Shown here: in pieces, positions 34,337 to 46,199 of the stretch | Numbering within the stretch: position 1 is the first letter of the stretch | How the letters are laid out: each line of letters opens with the position of its first letter | Notes under the pieces: model-generated | Database searches by the model: none | What the model was told of the DNA's origin: nothing | Seen by the model: the letters and a program-made list of their open reading frames with translations, nothing else | Position numbers and translations under genes: made by a program | Assembly: GCA_963808625.1 (NCBI GenBank) | Contig: CAWEHK010000008.1 | Coordinates: 1 to 64,000, forward strand | Reading direction: 5' to 3' | DNA length: 64,000 nucleotides | DNA from: an uncultured delta proteobacterium | Lineage (GTDB): Bacteria > Desulfobacterota > Syntrophobacteria > Syntrophobacterales > Syntrophobacteraceae

Positions 34337-37140
34337 CTATCCCTTCTTGACCTCGAGCGGGCGTAGCACGGTGGTGACGGCGCTCATGGCTGCCGAGCAT
34401 TCTTTGAAGATGCGCATCATGAAGAGGAAGGCAACGGCATTCAGGGCGGCGAAGGTGATCCAGGCCTGCCCGACGGCAGCCCCGGCTGAAAGCCCGGCAA
34501 AGAGCAGGGCCAGGAAAATCCCCGCGGCCGTGCATTTTGGCCACGTCCGGAACCGCACCAGTTGCTTGCCGCCACCGTGTTCTTCCACCGCCATGAGCAC
34601 GCGGACCGACCCCAGCAGGCCACCGCGCAATTCCAGGTCCCACCGGTCATAGTCCCCGCCTCTCATGACCACCGTCCGCAGGGCCTTGATGCTTGCTTCA
34701 AGCGATTCGAGCCAGTCAATGGAGGACCTCCAGGTTTCACTCCAGAGGTTGAAGGTCTTCGGCCACGGCCATGGAACTGAAACTCCGGTCACTTCGCACC
34801 GGCGCCAGGGGGTGAGACCCAGGCGAATGCGCCCCCACAGGCGGACAAAGGGTTGCGCCATATGGAGATAAGCGGTCAGCGCACGCATCTTCATCAAGTC
34901 ACGCCGCGATTCAGGGGGCGTGGTAAACTGCGCGCGAATTCCACAAAAGACCGCGTGCACAAAAGGAACAATCATCGCCGCCAGCAGCAGAGGCACCGCC
35001 ACGAGCAACGGCGACCATTCGAGACCCAGCAGCGAGAGGCCCGTGAGCGCCGCTACCACCACGTACCACTCCGGCATCATGGGCAGGGAGCTCAGCAATC
35101 CCGAGGCCGGCTGATAGATGGACTGGAACAGGGCCGTGCCCCAGGTGCCCTGATACACGCGCCCGCGGAAGAACCCGAGAAGTTGCTCAAAACCCTTGAA
35201 GTAGAGCCGGCCCGCCCAGGGAATATGCCCCGCGGCGTTATACTTTTCCGGCCATTTCTTCTCCAGCATTGCCTCCGCTTTGCCGTAATTCATTTGCTGC
35301 TTCAGGTAAGCTTTCACCGAGTTGCGGCGATGGTGCCAGACCATTGCCGCCGGATTGAATCCCAGGGTCCAACCCTGCTGTTGGATGCGCCAGCACAGAT
35401 CGACATCGTCTCCGGCAATGCGGAAATTGACGTCAAAGCCGTTGACAGCCTCCAGCGCGGCCTTGCGAAAGGACATGTTGCAGCCGGGGATATGTTCCGC
35501 CACTTCATCCGTAAGGAGCACATGGACGGGTCCGCCGGGTGAATTGGCCACGCAATCGGCAACGGCGCCATCATTGCGGGGCGGCAGATTGGGACCGCCG
35601 ATGCCCATGTGGTTCGTTCTCAAATAACTTGCGGCAAGGTACGTCAGCCAATGGGGATCTGGGATCGCATCGTCATCGATATAGGCCACGATCTCCCCTT
35701 TGGCGGCGCGCATCCCGGTGTTCCGGGCGCTGCTCAGACCGCGGTTTTCCGTCGTAATCACCTGGATATCCGAACTCCTTCGCAATCGCCTCCGTCTGGT
35801 CTTTCGATCCGTCGTTGACAACGATGACTTCGTAGTTCGGATAGTCGAGTTTGCGGAGACCCTGCAGACAGTCACGAATGGTACGGGCGCCATTGTACGA
35901 GCAAACCACAACGGAGACGCTGGGCCAGGGCAAATCCGGAGGGAACGGGACTTCGGCGAAGGCTTTCCGAATCATTTCCAGGGACTGCTTCGGCTGCCGG
36001 TTGCGGTCGGTAAGTCCGAACCCCCAATCGTCAATGTCAAAACCGCCGCGATGCCATTCATCCGTCCAGGCAAAGACAAAAACCCCCGCACAACCGGCCG
36101 CAAAGGTGGAACGGATCTGCCATTCCAGCGTCGAGGCTTGTTTGTCCTCGCCGTTTCGCATACTGTCGAGGCCAATCTCGGCCATCAGACAGGGGGCGGT
36201 CTCCGGCAAGGTTCTGAAGGCGGGCCAGATAGCCGTCAAGCTTCTCCTGGGTTTCCAGGTAGACATTAAAAGAGACAAAATCCACGAACGGTAACTGCAA
36301 ATATTCGGTGGTCGGGAAGTTGACGTAGGTGACCAGGGCTTCAGGATCTTCGTCCTTGGTAGCCTGGTAGAGCCGCTCAAGGAAGGCCTCAATGCGGTGA
36401 TGGCCGTACCAGCGCACGATGGAAGCCGGGATTTCATTGCCGATGGTGTAACAGAGCAGTGCCGGGTGTCCCGCACAGGCACGCACCCCCTCGCGGACAC
36501 GGCGCTCGATGTCGCCGGCAAGTTTCTTGCTGTCGAGAAACGTGATGTGTTCCTCCCACGGCAGTCCGATCATGATGCGCAGGCCGTGGCGCTGAGCCAC
36601 ATCGAGGAGCCAACGCGGCGGTACGGTATAGACGCGAACCGCGTTGATCCCGTGTTCCGCCATTTGGGCGAAGTCCCGATCGACGGTTTCGGGGTCGTGG
36701 TATTCACACCCGTTTTCATCCGGACGAAACGGGCCATAGGTTACGCCGCGCACATAAAATTTCTCTTCGCCAACAAAAATGAACTTTCCCTCGACCTTGG
36801 GTCTGATCCCCTCAACAACCGGGATACTCTTCGGGGGTTCAAGAAAGAACTGTGCAATCCCGCTCGCGCCCGGGGTCTTTGGGAAATACCGGCCGGAGGA
36901 TCACACCTTCATCCATTTTACCCTTCTGCAAATCATCCCGATAGATTTTGCCGGGCCACTCCTCGGCCGGGCTTGTTCCTCACCGCGACGGTTTTCCTTG
37001 CGGACAAAAGGCCTTACTACTCCACCCGCCTCGGGACCGGCTTCCACTGGAAGATCGCCGGGAACATGCCCGGCTTGATCATCGGTGAGAAGGTCCTCAG
37101 CTATGCTGGACAGTTCGCTCTGCAATGCTGGTTTTGCCAT
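34337..37140 (-). CDS. GH2-like TIM barrel fused to a GT2 glycosyltransferase and TM region (frameshifted; 5' start uncertain)
   Basis: VRGVTYGPF, IGNE, MAEIG (clan GH-A), then VVVCSYN, VNDGSKD, YIDDD, IPGCNM, GDDVD and TM helices. Confidence 0.85.
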
Positions 37141-37404
37141 GTGCTCCTCACTTTCACGCCTGTTCTTTAAACTCACAACCGAGTATCGGCCTCGGTCTCC
37201 TTTTCTGGAATGAACCGCTCATCCTTAGGGCAACAACTGTGCCAGGGTATAACCGGTATGGGTTAACGCCGTGTTCCCGGCCTGAGATCGCCTGTCCATG
37301 AACCTGCCAGTTACGATTCTTGCACACGCGGTTACGATTCCTGCACAGTTGCCCCTTTGACATTTCCGATGTCCCTTGGTAGGCTTCCGAACCTGTCGGG
37401 AAGT

Positions 37405-37568
37405 CTGTGACTTCTCAATCAGGATGAGCCAATCCGTCACCCCCGCATGCTTTTAGCGGGAGTCCAGGGATCAGAACGACCCTGGATTCCCGCTAAAAGC
37501 ATGCGGGAATGACGGCATGGGACTCTCGTGGCTCGTTGTGTGACCCTACGGTTATTAAGAAGTCACAG
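37405..37568. mobile_element. MITE-like shell around a long GTCA..CCCGC...GCGGGAATGAC palindrome
   Basis: TIR CTGTGACTTCTCAAT / ATTAAGAAGTCACAG (14/15); internal near-perfect palindrome at about 37434-37515. Confidence 0.7.
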
Positions 37569-37594
37569 AAATTTCACGATTCGGATTGGTTCGG

Positions 37595-38579
37595 ATGGAC
37601 CCAGTGCTTTTGGAAGTAAAAGACCTTCAGACTTATTTCTTCACCGAAAGGGGTACGGCCAGGGCTGTCGATCGGGTGAGCTTCCGGGTCCCTGAAGCGC
37701 AGGTCTTCGGGATTGTCGGGGAGTCCGGATGTGGCAAGAGCATGACGGCCCTCTCCATCATGCGCCTGATTCCGTCGCCCCCCGGCAGAATCGTGGGAGG
37801 AGAGGTCTGGTTCAACGGTACGAACCTTCTTGCCATCTCTGAAAGCGAGATGCAGTCGCTGAGGGGAAACAAGATTTCGATGATTTTTCAGGAGCCGATG
37901 ACCGCTCTCAACCCGGTTTTTCGGGTTGGCGACCAAATTGCCGAGGTGATCGAACGGCATTTCGCGATTACCAGGAAGGAAGCGCTGACCCGGGCCGCCG
38001 AACTCCTGGCAAAGGTGGGCATCCCGCTTCCGGCCGCAAGGATGAGGGACTACCCGCACCAGATGAGCGGCGGCATGCGCCAGCGGGTCATGATTGCCAT
38101 GGCCATTGCCTGCCATCCCAGGTTGATCATGGCCGATGAACCCACGACCGCCCTCGACGTCACCATTCAGGCCCAAATTCTGGAATTGTTGAAGCAGCTT
38201 CAGGAAACCATCCGGACCACCATTCTTCTCATCACCCATGATCTTGGGGTCGTCGCCGAAATCGCCGAACAGGTGCTGGTCATGTATGCGGGGCGGATGG
38301 TGGAGGAAGCGCCGGTGGTCGATCTCTTCCATCATCCCCTGCACCCTTACACCCAGGGGACTGATGCGCTCGATCCCCGGGCGTGCCTCGAGCACCGAAA
38401 GCAGGCGCCTGGAGGCGATTCAGGGCGTGGTGCCCAGTCTTTTTGCGCTGCCTTCCGGGTGCAAATTCAATACGCGCTGTCCTTATGCCTTCGAGCGTTG
38501 CTTCCATGAGCCGGAACCCGACCTTCGAACACCGCTCGGCGGTCATCCCGTCCGCTGCTGGTTGTATGAGGAGGCTTGA
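37595..38579 (+). CDS. oppD: Oligopeptide/dipeptide ABC ATP-binding protein (frameshift near 38358)
   Basis: [44 protein letters not shown]. Confidence 0.88.
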
Positions 38580-38611
38580 GATGCCAGAATTAGCCACTTC
38601 GGGACCACCTT

Positions 38612-39582
38612 ATGATGAGCATCTTGCTCGTTGTCCGCAATATTAAGAAGTACTATCCGCTGAGCAGCGGGTTCCTGCGCCGGGAAGCGGGAATGGTAAG
38701 GGCGGTGGACGGGGTCGATATGACGGTGCGGAGAGGGGAAACGCTGGGGCTGGTAGGAGAGAGCGGGTGCGGCAAATCCACCCTGGGCCGCGTAATCCTG
38801 AGGCTGGAAGAACCGACCGAAGGGGAGATCGCCTTCGCCGGGCAAAGCCTCGTCGGCCTGGCTCGCAACGAAATGCACACGCTCAGGAGACGGATGCAGA
38901 TTATTTTTCAGGACCCCTACTCTTCTCTCAACCCGCGCCAGACAGCGGGTCGCATCGTTGGCGAGGGATTGAACATCCACCAGGTTGGGACCCCTGCGGA
39001 ACGTAAAGAACGAGTGCGCTATCTGATGGAAGTTGTGGGCCTCCAGGCGGACGACCTCAACCACTACCCGCATGAATTCAGCGGCGGCCAGCGCCAGCGC
39101 ATCGGCATCGCGCGGGCGCTCGCGCTCCAGCCCGAGTTTATCATCTGCGACGAACCGCTGTCGGCCCTGGATGTCTCCATTCAGGCCCAGATCATCAATC
39201 TCTTGCAGGACCTTCAGGAACAACACCAGCTCACCTATCTCTTCATCTCTCATGATCTTTCGGTCGTGCGTCACATCAGCGACCGGGTTGCCGTCATGTA
39301 CCTGGGCTGCCTTGTGGAACTCGCCGCAAAACAAGAACTCTTTGATCAGCCCCTGCATCCTTACACAAAGCTCTGCTTCAGGCGATCCCCGTGCCCGATC
39401 CGGTCGCCGCGAGGAGAGCAAGGCCAATTGTCCATGAACCCGACACCCAGCCAACGGTCCTCGGCTGCCGCTTCGAACCGCGCTGCCCGCAGGCAATAAG
39501 CTCATGCAAGACCGAAAGGCCCCCCTTGGTGCAGTGCGGATCCAATCACTGGGTGAGGTGCTTCCTGTTTTCTGATGCGTAG
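38612..39582 (+). CDS. oppF: Oligopeptide/dipeptide ABC ATP-binding protein (frameshift near 39375)
   Basis: [41 protein letters not shown]. Confidence 0.88.
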
Positions 39583-39664
39583 AGGGTAAGTGAAGACTGA
39601 GCTTTACCGACCTGGCCCAGCCGGAGATTACAAGGCGAAGGAGAGAGGGGGTAGCGGCAGGCGC

Positions 39665-41297
39665 TTAAAATTGCATCTTCAAAACGGTTTCTACGAGATG
39701 ATTTTGGCGACTATCGCCGATCTGCATGTTGTAGTTTTCAATCGTCTCAAATCCGTAGCGGGTCATGAGACTCAGCGATCGATCAAAGAAAGTAAATGTC
39801 AAGTCGGTAGCATATTGAATGACTTTCTCCTCCGTAAAACCCAGCATCACTCCTCTCACCATATAATCGTAGTCAAGGCCAAACCGAATGTCGTTGGTCA
39901 GGTAATAGGTCGAGCGCAGGTAGAAATCCTCAGCGTCGGGGCCCAGGTGGTGCCCCATGATCATGTCGTCGTGGGTATATCCCGAACGGTACTGGCTGTG
40001 AGCGTACCACATGCCGGGGGTAGGATCGGTCGGGTAATAATTGCTTAAGAATTCCACCCGCAAATCGAGCCGGCCATCGTCGGTCACGCTGGGACAGTAG
40101 AATCCGAGCATCCAGGCGATATCTTTAATGAGAATATTCCATGGGTGTTGATAATCGCCAAAGCCGCTGTCATCCCCTCCGTATTCCAGGTAGAGCTGGG
40201 TATTGCGCAACCATGGAATGTATAAGCGAAAGTCGAAGACCGTCAACTGGTTGGAGTTCGGAAGCGAGGCTCCCGCCGAAGAGTCTAAGAAAATCGGAGG
40301 GTTTAAGCGATGGAACACCTTCCCCGCCGAACTGAACGGCGGAGCTGAACCCCATCTCAAAAATTGAGGAAGGCTTAAAATTGATGCGCCACCCCATAAG
40401 ATTTGCATTGGGAGGATTTTCATACCCGGCCTCTTGAGACAGAAAGAAAACGTACTTGAAGGGGCCGAGATATTTGAAAATCCAGGGCAGGAGCGTGGGT
40501 TCGGGATTGGAGAGTTTGACCATGGTAAGGGGAAAAGCATTGTTCGTCATGATTTCGTCCCCGTGATGCCCTTGCCCCCACCACAGGGAGTCTCTCCCCC
40601 CTTGAATTTCGGTATTCCATCCCGTCAGCTTGGCATAGCCCGCGAGCAGGTCCACCTCGGAACCGGTCGAACCATACAGGCCCACCGGGTTCTCGCGAAC
40701 GACGGCGATAGGCTCGACATAAGCGGAAAAGAAATCGCGGAATCCAAGAATGGAGGAGAACTGAAATGAAAAATTACTGCCTGCCCCGTACATGATTCCG
40801 TCGTTGTTGTAGACAAGAGGAGTCCCTTCGGTCGCCAGAATTCCCGCACTGCTGCCGGGATATTGCCGGTAATTCTTGCCCTGGTTTATGAACTTCCTTG
40901 GTTCACCGTCAACATAGGCGTAGCGCATCTGCACTTCATCCACCGGCTTTATGAAACTCTTCTGGAGGATGTCCGTGGTCTTGCCGACCAGCGGCAGTTC
41001 CTGCCTGAATTCCTTGTCGAGGTCCCGCAGGAGAGTTTCGACCAGTGGCGGAAGGGTAATTCCCTTGAGTTCTCTTCCCACGTGCGCTTCATGGATCAGG
41101 CGCGCCATTTCCAGGCGTGAATAGGGGCGGGTGCCGTGCAAGCGGGAATCAATCAACCCGAACCCTTCCAACTTATCCAGCGCCTCATAGGACCAATCCC
41201 CCAGGGGAACATTTACCGAGGAAAAGGCAAGCACATTCGAGCAGCAGCTTGACAGGAGCAGCACCAGAAAAGCCAGAACCCTCAAAAACAGAAACAT
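39665..41297 (-). CDS. wzi: Capsule assembly Wzi family outer-membrane protein (frameshift near 40260)
   Basis: Signal peptide; RPYSRLEMAR, GRDSLWWG.G, TNNAFP, LGH..GPD; C-terminal Phe. Confidence 0.8.
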
Positions 41298-41380
41298 TCA
41301 CAAGCCTTCTGAATCGTTCAATGAACACCCCGGAGAAAGGCCGACATGCGCAATCCCGTCAACGACGAACGGTCGGGTAT

Positions 41381-41989
41381 TCAATCAGCTTTACTGACAA
41401 TGGTCAAGTCCTCCTCCTTGATTTCCGAGACCGGACCGGCCAGGTGTGAACCATAGCGCGCAAACATCCAGAGCTCGGGGATGATCTCCGAGATGATTTC
41501 GCCGTCATCGAACACACGCACGATGGAACTCTCGGAAACGACCACCGCGACGGCATTGGTCTGTTTGGTGATCGAGGCCGCCGCCACATGTCTGCTGCCC
41601 AGCCCGAGGGGGAGCTGGATTCCCTCTGAAAAGGCATCGATGTATCGGCACGCAGAGATGATGACACCCGCGTCCGAGACGACAAAGGCGCCGTCAAGTT
41701 GAGCCAATTCTTTCACCGTTTCCCGCATGTCGGGAAGATGAATGAGTTTGAATTCATCGGGGTGTCCAAAAAGGGGATCCAGAATAAGACTTCTCGAGTG
41801 TTTCAAGACTTCCACGGAGTCTCCGACCACAAACATTGTGCCGATTTTTCTGCCCTCCCTGCCTTCCCGAGCGATTTCGACGGCGAGGATGACGGTATGT
41901 TTCAGGGTCTCGGGATTGATTCCCCGTTTTTCGTTGCAAATCCCGCAGAAAATCTCCTCGGGAGTTCGCATCATTTTATGCTTTGGCAT
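41381..41989 (-). CDS. Stand-alone diadenylate cyclase (DisA_N/DAC) domain protein
   Basis: EGREGRKIG, KELAQLDGA (DGA motif), LGSRHVAA (RHx motif), VVSES. Confidence 0.85.
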   Translation of the reverse strand: MPKHKMMRTPEEIFCGICNEKRGINPETLKHTVILAVEIAREGREGRKIGTMFVVGDSVEVLKHSRSLILDPLFGHPDEFKLIHLPDMRETVKELAQLDGAFVVSDAGVIISACRYIDAFSEGIQLPLGLGSRHVAAASITKQTNAVAVVVSESSIVRVFDDGEIISEIIPELWMFARYGSHLAGPVSEIKEEDLTIVSKAD

Positions 41990-42352
41990 CAGTTGGCTGC
42001 TCCTCTCTTCTGGCGTAAGCGTTAGCGTAAGTCACCGGAGCTACAAGTACCGTGAAAAAGGTCCGTACAGCAATTTCAAAAATGCGCGCCTCCGCTCCTT
42101 ATACTGGCGCCTCTTCGGTGTTTCAAGCAATTTCCCTGTCATGAAACCCGCGGCAAACCATGCAGGCTTGCGCCGGCCTTTCTGCCGGCTGCTCTGGCGA
42201 CCGCTGACCACCAGCAATCGACCACGGATGAATTTTGACATCCTTCAGGATATAGTGCATATAAAGATCGGACTGATGTGGTGCGCGGGTTTATGGTTTA
42301 TGGTGGCTGGTCCGCGAGGAATGCCAAGGAAGAGGAAAGGTTTTTGAAGATT

Positions 42353-43907
42353 ATGGTTCCACGGAAGACCAAGCCGGTGCTGGTCGTGGGAGCTACCGGG
42401 CTACGTCGGGGGGCGGCTGGTGCCGGAGCTCCTTGAGCAAGGATACCGCGTCCGGGCCATGGCGCGATCCATGGCCAAGCTGGCAAACCGGCCATGGGCG
42501 TCCCATACCAATCTAGAAGCGGTCGAAGGTGACGTGCAGGAGCTCGATTCGCTCAGGAGAGCAACAGCGGGTTGTGGGGCCGCGTTCTATCTGGTTCACT
42601 CGCTGACCTCGGCCAACAAGAACTTCGTTGAAGCCGACCGCATGTCAGCGCAGAACATGGTCACGGCAGCAGCCGAAGCAGGTCTGGAAAGGATCATTTA
42701 TCTGGGAGGGCTGGGGAGAACAACCGATCCCTGTTTGAGCACTCATCTGCGGTCAAGGCACGAAGTCGCACGCATTCTCCAGTCCGGACCGGTGCCGACA
42801 ACCCTGCTCCGTTCGGCCATGATTCTCGGGTCGGGGAGTGCTTCCTTCGAAATGCTGCGCTATCTGGTCGACCGTATGCCCATCATGTTTACCCCGCCAT
42901 GGGTTCACACGCCGGTCCAGCCCATCTCCATCCGCAATATCCTGAACTACCTGGCGGGGTGCCTGGAACATGATGAAACCATCGGCCAAGCCTATGACGT
43001 CGGCGGCCCCGATGTCCTGACCTATGAAGGTCTCATCCAGATTTATGCGGAGGTTGCCGGCCTCAAGCGACGCCGGATCATACCCCAGCCGTTTATCACT
43101 CCCCGCATGAGCGCCCTCTGGATCCATGTTATCAGTCCCATTCCGGCATCACTCGCTCAACCGCTCGTGGAAGGACTGTTGAACCAGGTGGTATGCCTGG
43201 ACACCCGCATCCAAACCATCATTCCTCAGGAGCTCCTGGATTCCAGAGAAACCATTCGCCGAGCCCTCGAGAAAACGCAGTTGCAGCGCGTTGAAGGCTG
43301 CTGGACGGACGCGGGAGAATTGCACCCGCCGGAGTGGACGCAAATCGGCGATGCCGCATATGCCGGGGGGACCGTCAAGGAGTGTGGCTATCGCATCCGC
43401 CTCAAGGCCAGTCCTCAGGAAGTCTGGGAACCGATTGTGAGGATCGGCGGTCTGACGGGCTGGTACTACGGCGAACGACTCTGGAAAATGAGAGGGTGGC
43501 TGGACCTCATCGTAGGCGGCATGGGACTGAGACGAGGGAGGCGGGCTTCAACCGAGCTTTATGTTGGCGACGCCCTCGATTTCTGGCGGGTGCTGGATCT
43601 GGCGGCCCCTTATCGCCTGGTGCTCCTCTCCGAGATGAAGCTCCCCGGGGAGGCCATCCTGGAATTTACGATTACTCCTTGCGGGCCTGAAGAAACCGAA
43701 CTGCAGCAACTTTCCCGCTTTGTCCCAAAAGGCTTTGCCGGTCTTTGCTACTGGTATACCCTCTATTTTCCTCACCACTGGCTGTTCCGGGGGATGCTCC
43801 GAACCATCGCCAGGGCTGTAGGAAAACCTTTATTGGAGGGCCCGCTGCCGTTTATCCCGGAATTGCGATGGACCTGTCCCATCGGGAATGGAGCAAGCGC
43901 GGACTGA
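42353..43907 (+). CDS. YbjT-like NAD(P)-binding atypical SDR with DUF2867 (frameshift near 42400)
   Basis: LVVGATGYVGGRL, YLVHS, GSGSASFE, LDFWRV, EMKLPGEA. Confidence 0.88.
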
Positions 43908-43988
43908 TCAGGGACGGGCCACCGCCGACCAGTGCTGTCGATACAATTTCATTGAGAATATTTTTTTGAGTCAAAGGAGGAGTCAATC

Positions 43989-45810
43989 ATGTCACATCAT
44001 GATCAGGCATCGGAGCTAGCGTCGACGATTGCCAAAACCAGTGGAAGACATTCGCTTTTTGAGGAGGAAATCCGGAAGCTTCCGGTTCCCGTTTGTTCGG
44101 TGTTCCTCAATACGGCAGGGAAAATCTGCCCCGCGGCCTTCAGAGAAACCGAGACCGTGCTGCAGAGCAAAGACCATGAGCGGACTGCCGAGGTCTTTCC
44201 AATAACCGTTGGCAAGAACCGAAATGTCGTTCTCGAAGCGACTCCCCAGCCGGTCCCCGAGGCGATTACCGGAAAACGTGTTGCCGTGCTCTTTTCCGGC
44301 GGACCTGCGGCAGGCGGTCACAATGTGCTGGCCGGTCTCAAGGCCGCCCTGGGCAAGGACAACACCCTGCTTGGTGTCAAAAAGGGACCCAAAGGGCTGA
44401 TCAACGGCGATGTCTTTGAGATCAGCTGCAAACATATCGAGGGCATCATCAATACCGGCGGCTTCGACATGCTGGGGACCGACCGAACGAAAATCAAGAG
44501 CCCTGAACAGTTCGCCAAAGTCAAAGAGACGGTGCTCAATAACAAATTAGATGGCCTCATCGTCATTGGCGGAGACGATTCGAACACCAATGCCGCATTC
44601 ATTGCCGAATACCTGGAGAGGGAAGGCGTGAAGTGCAGTGTCATCGGGATTCCCAAAACCATCGACGGGGACCTGGCGGTCGGCAAATACCTGCCCATTT
44701 CGTTTGGTTACGATACGGCTTCGAAGATCTACTCGGAAATGGTCGGCAATTTGACGCAGGATGCGGCCTCTGCGGTAAAATACTGGCATTTCGTGAAAGC
44801 TCATGGGACGCACGGCCAGCAAGATCACCCTGGAGGTGGCTCTCCAGACCAAGCCCGCGGTTGCTTTGATCTCCGAAGAAGTGGCCGAAAAGAACATGTC
44901 CCTCGATGACATCGTAAATTACATCGTGGATACCATCACCGATCGCCGTTTGAAAGGGATCAATCATGGTGTGGTGCTGGTGCCGGAAGGGCTGGTCGAG
45001 TTTATCCCCGAGATGAGGACCCTCATCCAGGAACTCAACAGGGTGCTGGCCGAATATGAAGCCGACATCAAGGACCTTCCTGCCATGAAGAACAAACAGG
45101 AGTTCATTTATCCTCTGTTGTCGCCCCAATCCGCTCAGCTTATGGCTTCCCTGCCCGATGAAATAGAGGAGATGCTGATCCTGGATCGTGATGAGCATGG
45201 TAATGTCAAGGTTTCCCAGATCGAAACGGAGAAATTGCTGATTGATAAGATCCGGTACCGGGTTTCCGAAATCAAGCGGCATCCTGAGAAATTCTTCGGA
45301 AAGGGTAAGGGAAAAATCGACGCCACCCCGGAACAGATCGAAAAGGTCAAAAGTCTGAGCCTCTCCACCCAGTCGCACTTCCTCGGCTACGAAGGCCGCT
45401 GCGGCAAACCCACACCGTTCGATGCAGCCTTCACCTTCAATCTCGGCTTGACCGCCGGCTCCCTCGTTTTGGCCGGGAAAACCGGTTACATGGCTGCGGT
45501 GACCGATTTCGACAAAGGCGGCAGAGCTCTCGCCCTGCCCCTCTCCGGCCTGATTACCGGTGAAATGAGGAAGGGAAAACCGGAGGCGGTCATCGAGAAA
45601 TCGCTCGTCGAGCTCACCTCTCCCTCCTTCAGGGTCTTCGCCGAAAACCGCGAAAAGTGGGCCCACGGAGACCTCTTTAGCAGCCCCGGCCCCATTCAGC
45701 ACTGGGGACCAACAAGCAAACAAATCCCCGTCTCCGTCGCCCTGGACCAGGGTTATGAGGACTACAAAAGCTTCCACCTCGGGGAGGAGCGGAAACTCGA
45801 GTTAGAATAG
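43989..45810 (+). CDS. pfp: Pyrophosphate-dependent phosphofructokinase (frameshift near 44798)
   Basis: GGPAAGGHN, GGDDSNTNA, PKTIDGD, MGR, GYEGRC. Confidence 0.93.
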
Positions 45811-45867
45811 AAACAAAGGATGAGGTTCGAAGCTATTTTGAGAAGTTCGGGCAGCGGGAGAAATTCG

Positions 45868-46071
45868 ATGAGCTTACCGGTAGAAGATAAGAGATTGCTC
45901 ATCCTGGAGATTGATCTCCCACTGACCCCGGAGGATTTTCAGGCCATGCGTCAACCTCCCCGCGAGGAGGATCGCAATCTTTTGGGCTATCTTACCTTTC
46001 TGGAAGAGATCGGGGCGTTTGCATCAAAGAAAACCGAGGTGAAGATCTACTCAGAAGAGTTCAAACTTTAG
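45868..46071 (+). CDS. Small hypothetical protein
   Basis: 67-aa ORF downstream of pfp with plausible composition; no family recognised. Confidence 0.45.
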   Translation: MSLPVEDKRLLILEIDLPLTPEDFQAMRQPPREEDRNLLGYLTFLEEIGAFASKKTEVKIYSEEFKL

Positions 46072-46199
46072 ACTCCACAAGATATGAACGCCCCTAATCG
46101 TTCTGAAGCAAGCAACCCTGTAGGTTGGGTGCAGCGGAGCGGAACCCGACAGCGCCTTGCACAGGCAACAAGCAAAGGTTTCAACCTTGTCAGGTATCT

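Noticed and set aside
36899..36905. In-frame TGA in the GH2-GT2 N-terminus as selenocysteine
   Set aside because: It lies in a non-conserved low-complexity extension with no redox motif or SECIS seen; compensating indel errors are more likely
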